Shown here one piece after another: positions 20,158 through 28,405 of a DNA stretch of 32,000 nt. The stretch lies in contig JAUVVC010000006.1 in NCBI GenBank assembly GCA_030604855.1, positions 30,001 to 62,000 on the forward strand, read 5' to 3'. The DNA is from Erysipelotrichaceae bacterium (GTDB lineage Bacteria > Bacillota_I > Bacilli_A > Erysipelotrichales > Erysipelotrichaceae). The notes under the pieces were generated by a model. The model was not told the DNA's origin, did no database searches, and saw nothing but the letters and a program-made list of their open reading frames with translations. A program made the position numbers and the translations under genes. How positions within the stretch are numbered: position 1 is the stretch's first letter; the number at the start of each line of letters is the position of its first letter.

Positions 20158-20166
20158 TGGTAAGAT
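20158..20166 (+). promoter_or_regulatory. Candidate extended -10 (TGgTAAGAT) 6 nt before the rlmN ATG (leaderless arrangement)
   Basis: aataTGgTAAGATacgagtATG has the same geometry and flanking 'tatggta' as the priA promoter, with no SD at functional spacing. Confidence 0.4.
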
Positions 20167-20172
20167 ACGAGT

Positions 20173-21213
20173 ATGAAAAAAACGATCTATGATTTTACAT
20201 ATGAACAACTCAACACATGGTTGATGGATAAAGGGGAAAAGAGCTATCGTACGAAGCAGGTTTTCCAATGGTTGTATCGCCGACGCATCACGGATTTCGC
20301 GATGATGAGCGATATCAAACAAAGTCTGATTGAAACATTCAATGAAAGCTTTGTGATCGATCCGATCAAACTCAAACAACGACAAGCCAGTAAAGATGGG
20401 ACCGTCAAATACCTTTTCGAACTTCAGGATGGTTATCTTGTGGAAACCGTTTTGATGCAGTTTGACTATGGTAAATCGGTTTGTGTGAGCTCCCAAGTCG
20501 GTTGTAACATGGGCTGTACCTTTTGTGCGAGCGGTTTATTGAAGAAAAACCGTGATTTGAGTGCCGGAGAGATGATGGCGCAAGTCATGTATGTCCAAAA
20601 AGAATTGGATGCGCGTGAGGAACGTGTTTCGCACATCGTCATCATGGGGACGGGTGAACCCTTTGACAACTATGACAATGTCATGGATTTTTTGAAGACC
20701 GTGAATCATGATTTAGGTTTGGCGATCGGTGCACGTCATTTGTCGGTCTCAACCTGTGGTATCGTGCCACGTATCAAGCAATTCGCGCGTGAAAAAGTTC
20801 AATACAATCTGGCCATCAGTCTACATGCCCCAAACGATGCTTTGCGCAGTAAGTTGATGCCAATCAACCAGGCCTATCCATTAAGTGAGTTGATGGATGC
20901 CTTGAAGGAATATTCGACCTTGAACAATCGCCGTATCACGTTGGAATACATTCTTTTGAAGGATGTGAACGATCAGCCGGAACATGCGACACAGCTCTCG
21001 AACTTGGTCAAAGGTATGAATGCTTATGTCAATCTGATTCCATACAATGTGGTGGATGAACATGGCTTCAGGGCGGTGGATGTGGCATCCGCATTAAAGT
21101 TCTACGATAAACTGATGAGACTGGGTGTCAAGAGCACCTTGCGTAAAGAAAACGGTGGTGACATCGATGCGGCCTGTGGACAACTGCGTGCCAAAGCAGA
21201 AGGTAAGCTATGA
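20173..21213 (+). CDS. rlmN: 23S rRNA/tRNA (adenine-C2)-methyltransferase RlmN (radical SAM)
   Basis: 346 aa. 'YRTKQVFQWLY' N-terminus, radical-SAM 'CNMGCTFC', and C-terminal 'DIDAACGQL' are present. Confidence 0.95.
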   Translation: MKKTIYDFTYEQLNTWLMDKGEKSYRTKQVFQWLYRRRITDFAMMSDIKQSLIETFNESFVIDPIKLKQRQASKDGTVKYLFELQDGYLVETVLMQFDYGKSVCVSSQVGCNMGCTFCASGLLKKNRDLSAGEMMAQVMYVQKELDAREERVSHIVIMGTGEPFDNYDNVMDFLKTVNHDLGLAIGARHLSVSTCGIVPRIKQFAREKVQYNLAISLHAPNDALRSKLMPINQAYPLSELMDALKEYSTLNNRRITLEYILLKDVNDQPEHATQLSNLVKGMNAYVNLIPYNVVDEHGFRAVDVASALKFYDKLMRLGVKSTLRKENGGDIDAACGQLRAKAEGKL

Positions 21214-21944
21214 TCATTCAAGGGATTACGGACATTGGGAAAATCAGACGCATCAACCAAGATAATTTCTTGATTCTTGAAAATGATTCGGTTCAACTGA
21301 TGATGGTGGCCGATGGCATGGGGGGTGCGAAAGCCGGTGAGGTCGCATCGCTTTTAGCCTGTCAATCCATTGAACGGCAATTCATGGGACAGGATTTTTC
21401 AGATCTTACGGTGAGTGAAGCCCAACAATGGCTCAAACATGCCTTTTTAAACATGAATAAAGAAGTCTACCAGGCTTCTGTGAACAATACTCATTATAGT
21501 GGCATGGGCAGCACAGCAGTGGCAACTTTGTTTTTTAAAGATGTCTGCATAGTGGCGAATGTCGGCGACAGTCGTTGTTATGTCGTGAATTCAGCTAATG
21601 AATTCGTCCAAATTAGTGTCGATCATTCCTTGGTCAACGAAATGATTCGCTTGAAACGCATCACCGCTGAACAAGCCAAGACGCATCCGCAACGCTCGGT
21701 ACTGACCAATGTCTGCGGTGTCATTCCCAACATTGAAGTGGATATCTTTGAAGTTCATGATTATTCGAGTGTTTTGTGTTGCAGCGATGGGGTTCATTCC
21801 ATGTTGGAAGATCAGGATATTTTCAACATTCTGCAATCAAACGAGACAACTGCCTTTAAAGTACAGCACATCCTCCACCATGCGAATATTCGGGGTGGAA
21901 TCGATAACATCACTTTGACTTTAGCTGAACGAGGTCGCCTATGA
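21210..21944 (+). CDS. prpC: PP2C-family Ser/Thr phosphatase (PrpC/Stp)
   Basis: 244 aa. 'VADGMGG', 'VGDSR' and 'CSDGV' motifs are present, and a 'DNITL' C-terminus. ATGA overlaps with rlmN and prkC. Confidence 0.93.
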   Translation: MIIQGITDIGKIRRINQDNFLILENDSVQLMMVADGMGGAKAGEVASLLACQSIERQFMGQDFSDLTVSEAQQWLKHAFLNMNKEVYQASVNNTHYSGMGSTAVATLFFKDVCIVANVGDSRCYVVNSANEFVQISVDHSLVNEMIRLKRITAEQAKTHPQRSVLTNVCGVIPNIEVDIFEVHDYSSVLCCSDGVHSMLEDQDIFNILQSNETTAFKVQHILHHANIRGGIDNITLTLAERGRL

Positions 21945-23590
21945 TCGAACGTTTCGCCAATCGATATCAGATCTTGAAGCGCTTAGGTGAGGGAGGCATG
22001 GCGGATGTATTTCTAGCCCATGACGAACTCCTCAATCGTGAGGTCGCCATCAAAGTCTTGCGTGGAAATCTAGCGCTGGATCCTGTCGCGCTCTTGCGTT
22101 TTCAGCGTGAAGCCAATGCGGCCAGTGGTTTGAGCCACCCCAACATCGTTGAAGTCTACGATGTCGGTGAGGAACTTGGGCATCATTACATCGTAATGGA
22201 ATATGTTCGTGGCAAAACTTTGAAGCAACTCATTCAACAACGAGGTGCTTTGGAGAAGAAAGAAGCCTTGGCCATCATGGACCAATTGGTTTCGGCTGTG
22301 AACGAAGCGCATAAACACAACATCATCCATCGTGACATCAAACCGCAGAATGTGTTGATAAAAGATGATGGGACAGTCAAAATCGCGGACTTTGGGATTG
22401 CGACGGTCGCCGATGCCTTGCAACTGACACAGACCGATACGGTCTTGGGTTCGGTTCATTATCTTGCGCCGGAATTGGCACGAGGTGAAGCCGCATCGAT
22501 GCAGAGTGACATCTATTCATTGGGAATTTGTTTTTACGAACTTCTGACGGGTGAGGTTCCTTATCGTGGGGAGTCGCCAGTTCAAGTCGCCATGAAACAT
22601 CTTAAAGAAGAGATGCCCAGTGTCTTGGAGTTCAATCCAAGCCTACCCATGTCGATTGAAAACATCGTCATCAAGGCTACTGCTAAGAATCGCATGCATC
22701 GCTATAAAACAACCGATGAGCTCTTGGTGGAGTTAAAAGAAAGTTTATTGGAAAAGAATAAACAAGCAAAGCGTGTTGAATTTGGTCATGATCAAGATGG
22801 GGACGAAACGATCGTCTTACAGAAGGTCAATACCGTTAAGACCGATCGCAAAGCGGATGTCCGACGTCTTTATTGGGGCATTGGTTTGGTCGTTTTGGCG
22901 ATGTTGACGCTGACTTTGGTCTTGGCTTTAAGTGGCATCTTCAATCCGGAATACAACATGGTTGAAGTCCCAGACCTGATGAACAAAACATTGAGTGAAG
23001 CCCGTGAAGCCTTATTTGACTCGGGTATCGAAATCGCGCCTAAAATCAATTATGAACTCACAGATGATGTGGAAGCGGGGAGGATTGTGAAGATCACACC
23101 GAATGTCGGAACTTTGGTCGAAAAGGGATCAACCATCAACATCACTTTGAGTGAAGGCAAGTACTATGTGGTCAAAGACTATAAGAATAAATTGCTTGAA
23201 GATGCGAAGTTGGATTTGAAAGATACAAAGATTACGATTCGTACAGAGTATCTTGCGACGCAAGATGTCGCACAAGGTATCATCATGGACCAAAGCCTTT
23301 TACTTCCTGGAACTAAACTCAATCCAAGCCGAAGTTATGAAATCAAATTCATCGTCTCTGCACCGGTAGAATTCTTGATTCCACAAATCGTTGGTTTGAA
23401 TGTGGCTCAAGCTCAAGCCCAATTGGAAGCTCTCGGTGCTATGGTCTATTTGAACCAACTTTCCACTGAAAATATGAGTGAAGATGAATTGAACAATCTG
23501 GTTCGTGATGTGGTGGTTTCCATTACGCCTGAACCGTTGACTTATTACACACAAGGGGGCAATAATTTTATTGTCTTAAGCTACTATTAA
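21941..23590 (+). CDS. prkC: Ser/Thr protein kinase with three PASTA repeats (PrkC/PknB type)
   Basis: 549 aa. Hanks kinase motifs are present ('GEGGMADV', 'AIK', 'HRDIKPQN', 'DFG', 'APE'). A single TM follows ('LYWGIGLVVLAMLTLTLVLAL'), then three repeats of about 65 aa each beginning V/I-P-D/Q-L/I-x-G/N. Confidence 0.94.
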   Translation: MIERFANRYQILKRLGEGGMADVFLAHDELLNREVAIKVLRGNLALDPVALLRFQREANAASGLSHPNIVEVYDVGEELGHHYIVMEYVRGKTLKQLIQQRGALEKKEALAIMDQLVSAVNEAHKHNIIHRDIKPQNVLIKDDGTVKIADFGIATVADALQLTQTDTVLGSVHYLAPELARGEAASMQSDIYSLGICFYELLTGEVPYRGESPVQVAMKHLKEEMPSVLEFNPSLPMSIENIVIKATAKNRMHRYKTTDELLVELKESLLEKNKQAKRVEFGHDQDGDETIVLQKVNTVKTDRKADVRRLYWGIGLVVLAMLTLTLVLALSGIFNPEYNMVEVPDLMNKTLSEAREALFDSGIEIAPKINYELTDDVEAGRIVKITPNVGTLVEKGSTINITLSEGKYYVVKDYKNKLLEDAKLDLKDTKITIRTEYLATQDVAQGIIMDQSLLLPGTKLNPSRSYEIKFIVSAPVEFLIPQIVGLNVAQAQAQLEALGAMVYLNQLSTENMSEDELNNLVRDVVVSITPEPLTYYTQGGNNFIVLSYY

Positions 23591-24459
23591 TGGGAAAAGC
23601 ACGCATCATTAAAATCATTTCGAATCGATATACCATTCTTACGGAAGCCAATGAACATTTGATCGCACAAGGCAGTGGTAAGCTCAAACTGGGCAAGACT
23701 CCCTTGGTGGGGGACATGATTGATTATGAGCATCGTGAGGATGTGGTTGTGATGACCGCGATTCATGAACGCCATAATACCTTGATTCGACCCTCCATCG
23801 CCAATGTCGATCAAGCTTTGATCGTCATGAGTGCCGTGAAACCGGATTTTTCGACGCAATTGGTCGATCGCTTTGTATGGTTGGTTCGCAATGCACAGAT
23901 CGAGCCCGTCTTGATTGTGACGAAGTTGGATCTTGTGGATAAAAATGATCCCATGTTCAAAGCCTTGGATGTGTATGAACAAAGTGGCATGCAAGTCATT
24001 CGTGTCGCTCGGGGACAGGAAATCATCGGTTTGGAAGCGTGTATTGAAAATAAGATATCGGTCTTGACGGGTCAAAGTGGGGTGGGAAAATCCTCCCTCT
24101 TGAATCGTCTGAATCCAGACTTCGTGCTTAAGACCCAGGAAATATCCAAAGCCTTGGGACGCGGCAAGCATACGACACGCCATGTCCAACTCTATGAGAT
24201 CGCAGGCGGTTGGGTCGCGGATACACCCGGTTTTTCTTCGCTGGAATTCGGATCCATTCCCCTCAACGAGTTGGAAGGCTTGGTTCGTGAGTTCGATCCT
24301 TATCGCGAACATTGTCAATTCAGAGATTGTTCACACAGCAATGAACCGAAATGCAAGGTCAAAGATGCTCTCAAAGCCGGCTTGATCGATGCGGATCGTT
24401 ATACCCACTACCTTGAAGTTCGTCAACTGATTCAAGATGAAAGGAAACCCTACAAATGA
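23590..24459 (+). CDS. rsgA: Ribosome small-subunit biogenesis GTPase RsgA (YloQ/CpgA)
   Basis: 289 aa. Circularly permuted GTPase order ('TKLDL' before 'GQSGVGKSSLLN'), and a C-terminal zinc knuckle 'CQFRDCSHSNEPKC'. The start shares one base with the prkC stop (TAATG). Confidence 0.94.
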   Translation: MGKARIIKIISNRYTILTEANEHLIAQGSGKLKLGKTPLVGDMIDYEHREDVVVMTAIHERHNTLIRPSIANVDQALIVMSAVKPDFSTQLVDRFVWLVRNAQIEPVLIVTKLDLVDKNDPMFKALDVYEQSGMQVIRVARGQEIIGLEACIENKISVLTGQSGVGKSSLLNRLNPDFVLKTQEISKALGRGKHTTRHVQLYEIAGGWVADTPGFSSLEFGSIPLNELEGLVREFDPYREHCQFRDCSHSNEPKCKVKDALKAGLIDADRYTHYLEVRQLIQDERKPYK

Positions 24460-25109
24460 TCATCGCACCTTCCATATTAAGCATGGATTTCACCCAGACC
24501 TTGAAGCAACTTCAAGAAGTCGAGTCCTCCAAAGCCAAATGGCTCCATGTGGATATCATGGATGGTCATTTCGTGCCTAATCTGAGCTTTGGACCGGATA
24601 TCACGAAACAGATCCGCAGACATTCCAAATTATTCATGGATGTGCACATCATGGTGGAAGATGCGGATCACTACAGTGATGTGTTTGTGGATGCTGGGGC
24701 AAACCTGTTAACGTTTCATTTAGAGGCGTGTAAGGATGCGGAAAGTGTACGACGCATCATCCGCAAGATCCATCACCAAGGCTGTAAAGTGGGTCTTTCA
24801 ATCCGTCCTCAGACAGCGGTTGAGGCGGTATATCCATATTTGGATGAGATTGATCTTGTTTTGATCATGAGTGTCAACCCAGGCTATGGGGGTCAATCCT
24901 TCATGGAAGAATCCATTGAGCGGATTCAAAGACTACGCAAAGAGATCGATGCCCATCAACACTCGGTTCTGATTGAAGTCGACGGAGGCATCAATGCTGA
25001 AACAGGCTTGAAGGTCGTTCAAGCCGGTGCGGATGTCTTGGTTGCGGGCAGCTATGTTTTTAAGAATGATATCGTGCGGGCGGTTGATTCGTTATGGAAT
25101 CTGAAGTAA
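24456..25109 (+). CDS. rpe: Ribulose-phosphate 3-epimerase
   Basis: 217 aa. 'IAPSILSMDF', 'HVDIMDGHFVPN', 'MSVNPGYGGQ' and 'VDGGIN' are present. Confidence 0.96.
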   Translation: MIIAPSILSMDFTQTLKQLQEVESSKAKWLHVDIMDGHFVPNLSFGPDITKQIRRHSKLFMDVHIMVEDADHYSDVFVDAGANLLTFHLEACKDAESVRRIIRKIHHQGCKVGLSIRPQTAVEAVYPYLDEIDLVLIMSVNPGYGGQSFMEESIERIQRLRKEIDAHQHSVLIEVDGGINAETGLKVVQAGADVLVAGSYVFKNDIVRAVDSLWNLK

Positions 25110-25690
25110 GCCTGATCTTAAGGGATGTGTCGTATGTGAAACGTGGAGCCTGCATCGGGGTTGAACGTGGGGCTTTGGCGATCTTAAATCAGGAGGATGA
25201 ACTCGATTTTGCCTTGGGTGATTTTGATTCCGTAACCAAACAAGAATTCAATCATATCCAATCGCAAGCGAAGCGCATTAAACGTTATCCAAGCCGTAAG
25301 AATGAGAGTGACAGCGAGTTGGCGATTGCTTGGTGTTTGGATCAAGGTGCAAAGCGGATTCATGTGTATGGGGCTTTAAATGAGCGTTTGGATCATCACC
25401 ATGTGAATGTCAGTTTAGCCTATACTCATCCAGAAGTCATTCTCTATAATGATACCAATCAGATTCAAGCGTATACGGAAGGAAGTTATACGATTCGTCA
25501 GGATGATCATCGTTATTTTTCCGTCTTCACTTTTGATGAAGCTGAAATCAGTCTCATCGATTTCACCTATCCCCTAGACCATATTTCAATCCATTTAGAC
25601 ACCCTTTTCACCGTTTCCAATCAGTGGCAAAAAAAAGATGCCCAACTGGTGGTGCATCGTGGTAAAGTACTCGTGTACTTAAGTAAATAA
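25094..25690 (+). CDS. thiN: Thiamine pyrophosphokinase (ThiN/TPK), divergent
   Basis: 198 aa. 'IGVERGA', 'GDFDS', '...SDSELA' and 'ERLDHHH' blocks appear in TPK order, and the position after rpe matches Bacillus yloS. It overlaps rpe by 16 nt. Confidence 0.8.
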   Translation: MESEVSLILRDVSYVKRGACIGVERGALAILNQEDELDFALGDFDSVTKQEFNHIQSQAKRIKRYPSRKNESDSELAIAWCLDQGAKRIHVYGALNERLDHHHVNVSLAYTHPEVILYNDTNQIQAYTEGSYTIRQDDHRYFSVFTFDEAEISLIDFTYPLDHISIHLDTLFTVSNQWQKKDAQLVVHRGKVLVYLSK

Positions 25691-25714
25691 AAAAGGAGTC
25701 AGACTCCATTTTAT
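25691..25714. terminator. Short bidirectional hairpin between convergent thiN and rpmB
   Basis: aaaa-ggagt-cag-actcc-atttt. The stem is only 5 bp but is flanked by A and T tracts on both sides in a 23-nt gap. Confidence 0.35.
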
Positions 25715-25902
25715 TAAGCTTGTTGAGCTTTTAAGGTTTTTAAAGCGCGGGCGGAAATACGGATTCGTTGTGGTTTGCCATCCACAACAACTTTAACTTT
25801 TTGAAGGTTAACATTCCATTTACGACGACTTGCTTGAAGTGAATGGGAACGCTTATTTCCTGACAATGCTCTTTTACCGGATACGGCACAAACTCTTGAC
25901 AT
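25714..25902 (-). CDS. rpmB: 50S ribosomal protein L28
   Basis: 62 aa from ATG 25902 ('[36 protein letters not shown]'), with SD AAAGGGGG 8 nt upstream. The listed 92-aa ORF is an upstream extension. Confidence 0.96.
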   Translation of the reverse strand: MSRVCAVSGKRALSGNKRSHSLQASRRKWNVNLQKVKVVVDGKPQRIRISARALKTLKAQQA

Positions 25903-25936
25903 ACCGTAGACCCCCTTTCGTTTGAATTGCTTATAA

Positions 25937-25965
25937 AGAATATCACGAAAGGATGGTTTATGCAA
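25937..25965 (-). promoter_or_regulatory. Candidate SigA promoter for rpmB
   Basis: The minus strand reads TTGCAT-17 nt-TATTCT with TG at -15/-14 (cgTGaTATTCT), about 35 nt upstream of the ATG. Confidence 0.5.
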
Positions 25966-26002
25966 GTCATTCATAAAAAACTTTTTCATCAAAAATTGAC
26001 TA

Positions 26003-26011
26003 TGCTATAAT
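26003..26011 (+). promoter_or_regulatory. Extended -10 promoter (TGcTATAAT) for ftsA-ftsZ
   Basis: attgactaTGcTATAATggtaattagtcGAGGAGGggaagcATG. A leader and strong SD are present. Confidence 0.6.
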
Positions 26012-26035
26012 GGTAATTAGTCGAGGAGGGGAAGC

Positions 26036-27271
26036 ATGCGCGAAAAAGATGTCCACGTTGGACTCGAGATAGCAGATCATGAAATTAGACTCGTCGTGGG
26101 TCAATTTTTTAATACGCGTTTGAATATATTAAAAGTTGAAAGAGTCCCGTCTTCCGGTATACAGAACACACAGATCATCGATCAGAACGCAGTGGTGCAA
26201 CGCATCAAGACGGCTGTTGAACATGTGCAGGCCACTTTGGGTTGTCCGATTGAACGTGTCGTTTTATCTCTACCCAGTGTTGGTTTGAGTCGTTATGTTC
26301 GACGCATCATTCAACCCATTGAACTCAGCGTTCAATTGAACGATATCAAGAAAATCTACAAAGAAGCCTTACGAACCGAAGTCCCGGAACACCAGGCTTT
26401 GGTTAATCTATCCATTTCGAAATCCATGGTAAACGGCATCACGATGCGTCGCTTACCCATCAATGAGATATGTGATTCACTCAGTGTGGATGTGGATCTT
26501 TTGTGTGCGGATAAAGAGATGGTGTATCGTTATGTGCAAACTGTTGAAAAAGCAGGATTGCAGGTCATCGAAATCAGTTTGGACAGTTTTGCCTTAGGCA
26601 AAGAAGCCTCTCTATTTGAGAAATCCTTAGAACAATACCTGATCGCCATCAAAGCGGAACGTCAAAGCACAAGTTTGAGTCTTTTCGCCAAAGGTAAGTT
26701 GGTCAGCAGTGAAAGCATCGATACCGGTACGAAACATTTGATCGGAGCCTTATCCAATCGTTTTAAATTACCGATTGATGTAGCGGATCGTTTATTGCAT
26801 ATGAACTGTCGTTTTGGTTTGGATCATTACCCCAACACTCCCATCTATCTATGGTCCAGTGAGGGTAAGACGCACACCTTAAGTGAACAAGAGGTGATGA
26901 GTGCCATCCAAGTTCCTCTGGAAACATGGTTGAATGAAATAAAAACGATGGTTCAGCCCATTTTAGCGACCAGTAATGCTAAAATAATCTTGTTTGGAGA
27001 ATCCGGATCCATCAATGGTTTCGATCAACTCCTGGCAAAAGTCTGTGGTTGCGAATGTGAATTATATGTACCCGAAACTTTGGGTATCCGTAGTCCTTCC
27101 TTAGCATCGGTCAGTGGTTTGTTTTATGTGATCAAAGATCAATCGATCATCCGTGATTTCGAACCCGCCGTCGACATGCAGGCCTTCAATGATTTGATCA
27201 ATAAAGATAAAGAAATCGTCAATGAAGATACCATTTCTGGTAAATTCAAAGGCTTATTTGAAAGAAGATAA
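26036..27271 (+). CDS. ftsA: FtsA-like cell-division protein (actin fold, degenerate nucleotide-binding motifs)
   Basis: 411 aa, immediately upstream of ftsZ. It is collinear with FtsA: the N-terminus 'VGLEIADHEIRLVVG' corresponds to 'LDIGTSxxKVxVG', and the C-terminal amphipathic tail is 'ISGKFKGLFERR'. See the finding on motif loss. Confidence 0.8.
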   Translation: MREKDVHVGLEIADHEIRLVVGQFFNTRLNILKVERVPSSGIQNTQIIDQNAVVQRIKTAVEHVQATLGCPIERVVLSLPSVGLSRYVRRIIQPIELSVQLNDIKKIYKEALRTEVPEHQALVNLSISKSMVNGITMRRLPINEICDSLSVDVDLLCADKEMVYRYVQTVEKAGLQVIEISLDSFALGKEASLFEKSLEQYLIAIKAERQSTSLSLFAKGKLVSSESIDTGTKHLIGALSNRFKLPIDVADRLLHMNCRFGLDHYPNTPIYLWSSEGKTHTLSEQEVMSAIQVPLETWLNEIKTMVQPILATSNAKIILFGESGSINGFDQLLAKVCGCECELYVPETLGIRSPSLASVSGLFYVIKDQSIIRDFEPAVDMQAFNDLINKDKEIVNEDTISGKFKGLFERR

Positions 27272-27283
27272 CAGAGGAACATC

Positions 27284-28354
27284 ATGAGTGAACTAAATTA
27301 CAATCAAGTAGCGAAAATTAAAGTCTTTGGCGTCGGTGGCGCAGGCTGTAACGCCATCAATCGGATGGTTGAAGAAGACGTCCGTGGCGTTGAGTTCTAT
27401 GTGGCGAATACCGATCTTCAAGTCTTGAACATATCCCCTGCGAAAAACAAGATCATCTTGGGTAAGACGACAACCAAGGGTTTGGGTGCGGGTGCGAATC
27501 CTGAGATCGGATATAAAGCGGCGCTTGAGTCCGAAGATGACATCCGTGCTGCGATGGAAGGGACCGACATGGTCTTCATCACAGCGGGTTTAGGGGGAGG
27601 TACCGGTACCGGTGCCGCACCTTTGTTTGCGAAGATTGCGAAAGAGTTTGATATCTTAACGGTTGGCATCGTGACCAAGCCTTTTACCTTTGAAGGTAAG
27701 AAGCGTACGGAACAATCCATTCGTGGTTTGGAAGAGTTACGTAAGTATGTGGATTCCTTGATTATTGTCTCTAACAATCAATTGTTGGAAGTCATCGGAC
27801 GCATTCCGTTTGTGGAAGCGTTCAGAGAAGCGGATAATGTCTTACGTCAAGGGGTTCAAACCATCACCGATCTGATTGCGGTGCCTGCGATGATCAACTT
27901 GGATTTCGCGGATGTTCGTGCGGTCATGGAAGGTCAAGGTTCAGCTTTGATTGGGATTGGTATGGCTCAAGGTGAAAACAAGGCACAGGAAGCAGCGGCG
28001 AAGGCCATCACATCACCTTTACTGGAAGCTCAGATTCGGGGTGCACGCAATGCCATCGTCAATGTGACGGGGGGCGAAAGCATCACCATCTTCGATGCGA
28101 ATGATGCGGTTGAGTTCATTCGTGATTCAGCAGGTTCGGATATCGACATCATCTTTGGGGTTGCGATCAACGATAATCTTGGCGACAACATCATCGTTAC
28201 GGTCATTGCGACCGGCTTTGATTTGCCAAAAGCCAATCAAGTCAAGAATCCTATTCAAGATGCGAAACGTGTTTCGGAGGAAATCCGTAAGGAACCGACG
28301 GCACAGGTCGATGATGAAAGTGATATTCCAGGTTTCTTTAGATCTCGAGGTTAG
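27284..28354 (+). CDS. ftsZ: Cell-division GTPase FtsZ
   Basis: 356 aa. 'GVGGAGCNAINRM', tubulin signature 'GGGTGTGAAP', the T7 loop 'NLDFADV', and the C-terminal peptide 'DIPGFFRSR' are present. Confidence 0.97.
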   Translation: MSELNYNQVAKIKVFGVGGAGCNAINRMVEEDVRGVEFYVANTDLQVLNISPAKNKIILGKTTTKGLGAGANPEIGYKAALESEDDIRAAMEGTDMVFITAGLGGGTGTGAAPLFAKIAKEFDILTVGIVTKPFTFEGKKRTEQSIRGLEELRKYVDSLIIVSNNQLLEVIGRIPFVEAFREADNVLRQGVQTITDLIAVPAMINLDFADVRAVMEGQGSALIGIGMAQGENKAQEAAAKAITSPLLEAQIRGARNAIVNVTGGESITIFDANDAVEFIRDSAGSDIDIIFGVAINDNLGDNIIVTVIATGFDLPKANQVKNPIQDAKRVSEEIRKEPTAQVDDESDIPGFFRSRG

Positions 28355-28374
28355 TTTGACTAACCTTTTCTTTT
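28349..28374 (+). terminator. Terminator overlapping the ftsZ stop
   Basis: ggttag-tttga-ctaacc followed by ttttctttt. The TAG stop lies in the 5' arm. Confidence 0.5.
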
Positions 28375-28393
28375 GTTCATCGATAGAATCTTT

Positions 28394-28399
28394 TATAAT
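28394..28399 (+). promoter_or_regulatory. -10 box TATAAT 6 nt before ATG 28406 (leaderless arrangement)
   Basis: cttttATAAT context: ...aatcttTTATAATggaagtATG. 'ggaag' is only 1 nt from the ATG, too close to act as an SD. Confidence 0.45.
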
Positions 28400-28405
28400 G
28401 GAAGT

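Noticed and set aside
19864-20496. 210-aa minus-strand ORF spanning the rsmB/rlmN junction.
   Set aside because: It is antisense to two well-supported genes, and no start signals or family resemblance are apparent.
23587-24318. 243-aa minus-strand ORF opposite rsgA.
   Set aside because: It is a shadow ORF opposite a GTPase whose motifs are intact on the plus strand, with no independent support.
25903-25992. 30-codon upstream extension of rpmB. Likewise, there are 7-codon extensions of dnaK (3838) and clpB (6839), 18 codons of the lipoprotein ORF (13484), and a GTG at 29170 for nadE.
   Set aside because: In each case the internal ATG has a well-spaced SD and gives the canonical family N-terminus. 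The extensions overlap upstream genes or terminators.
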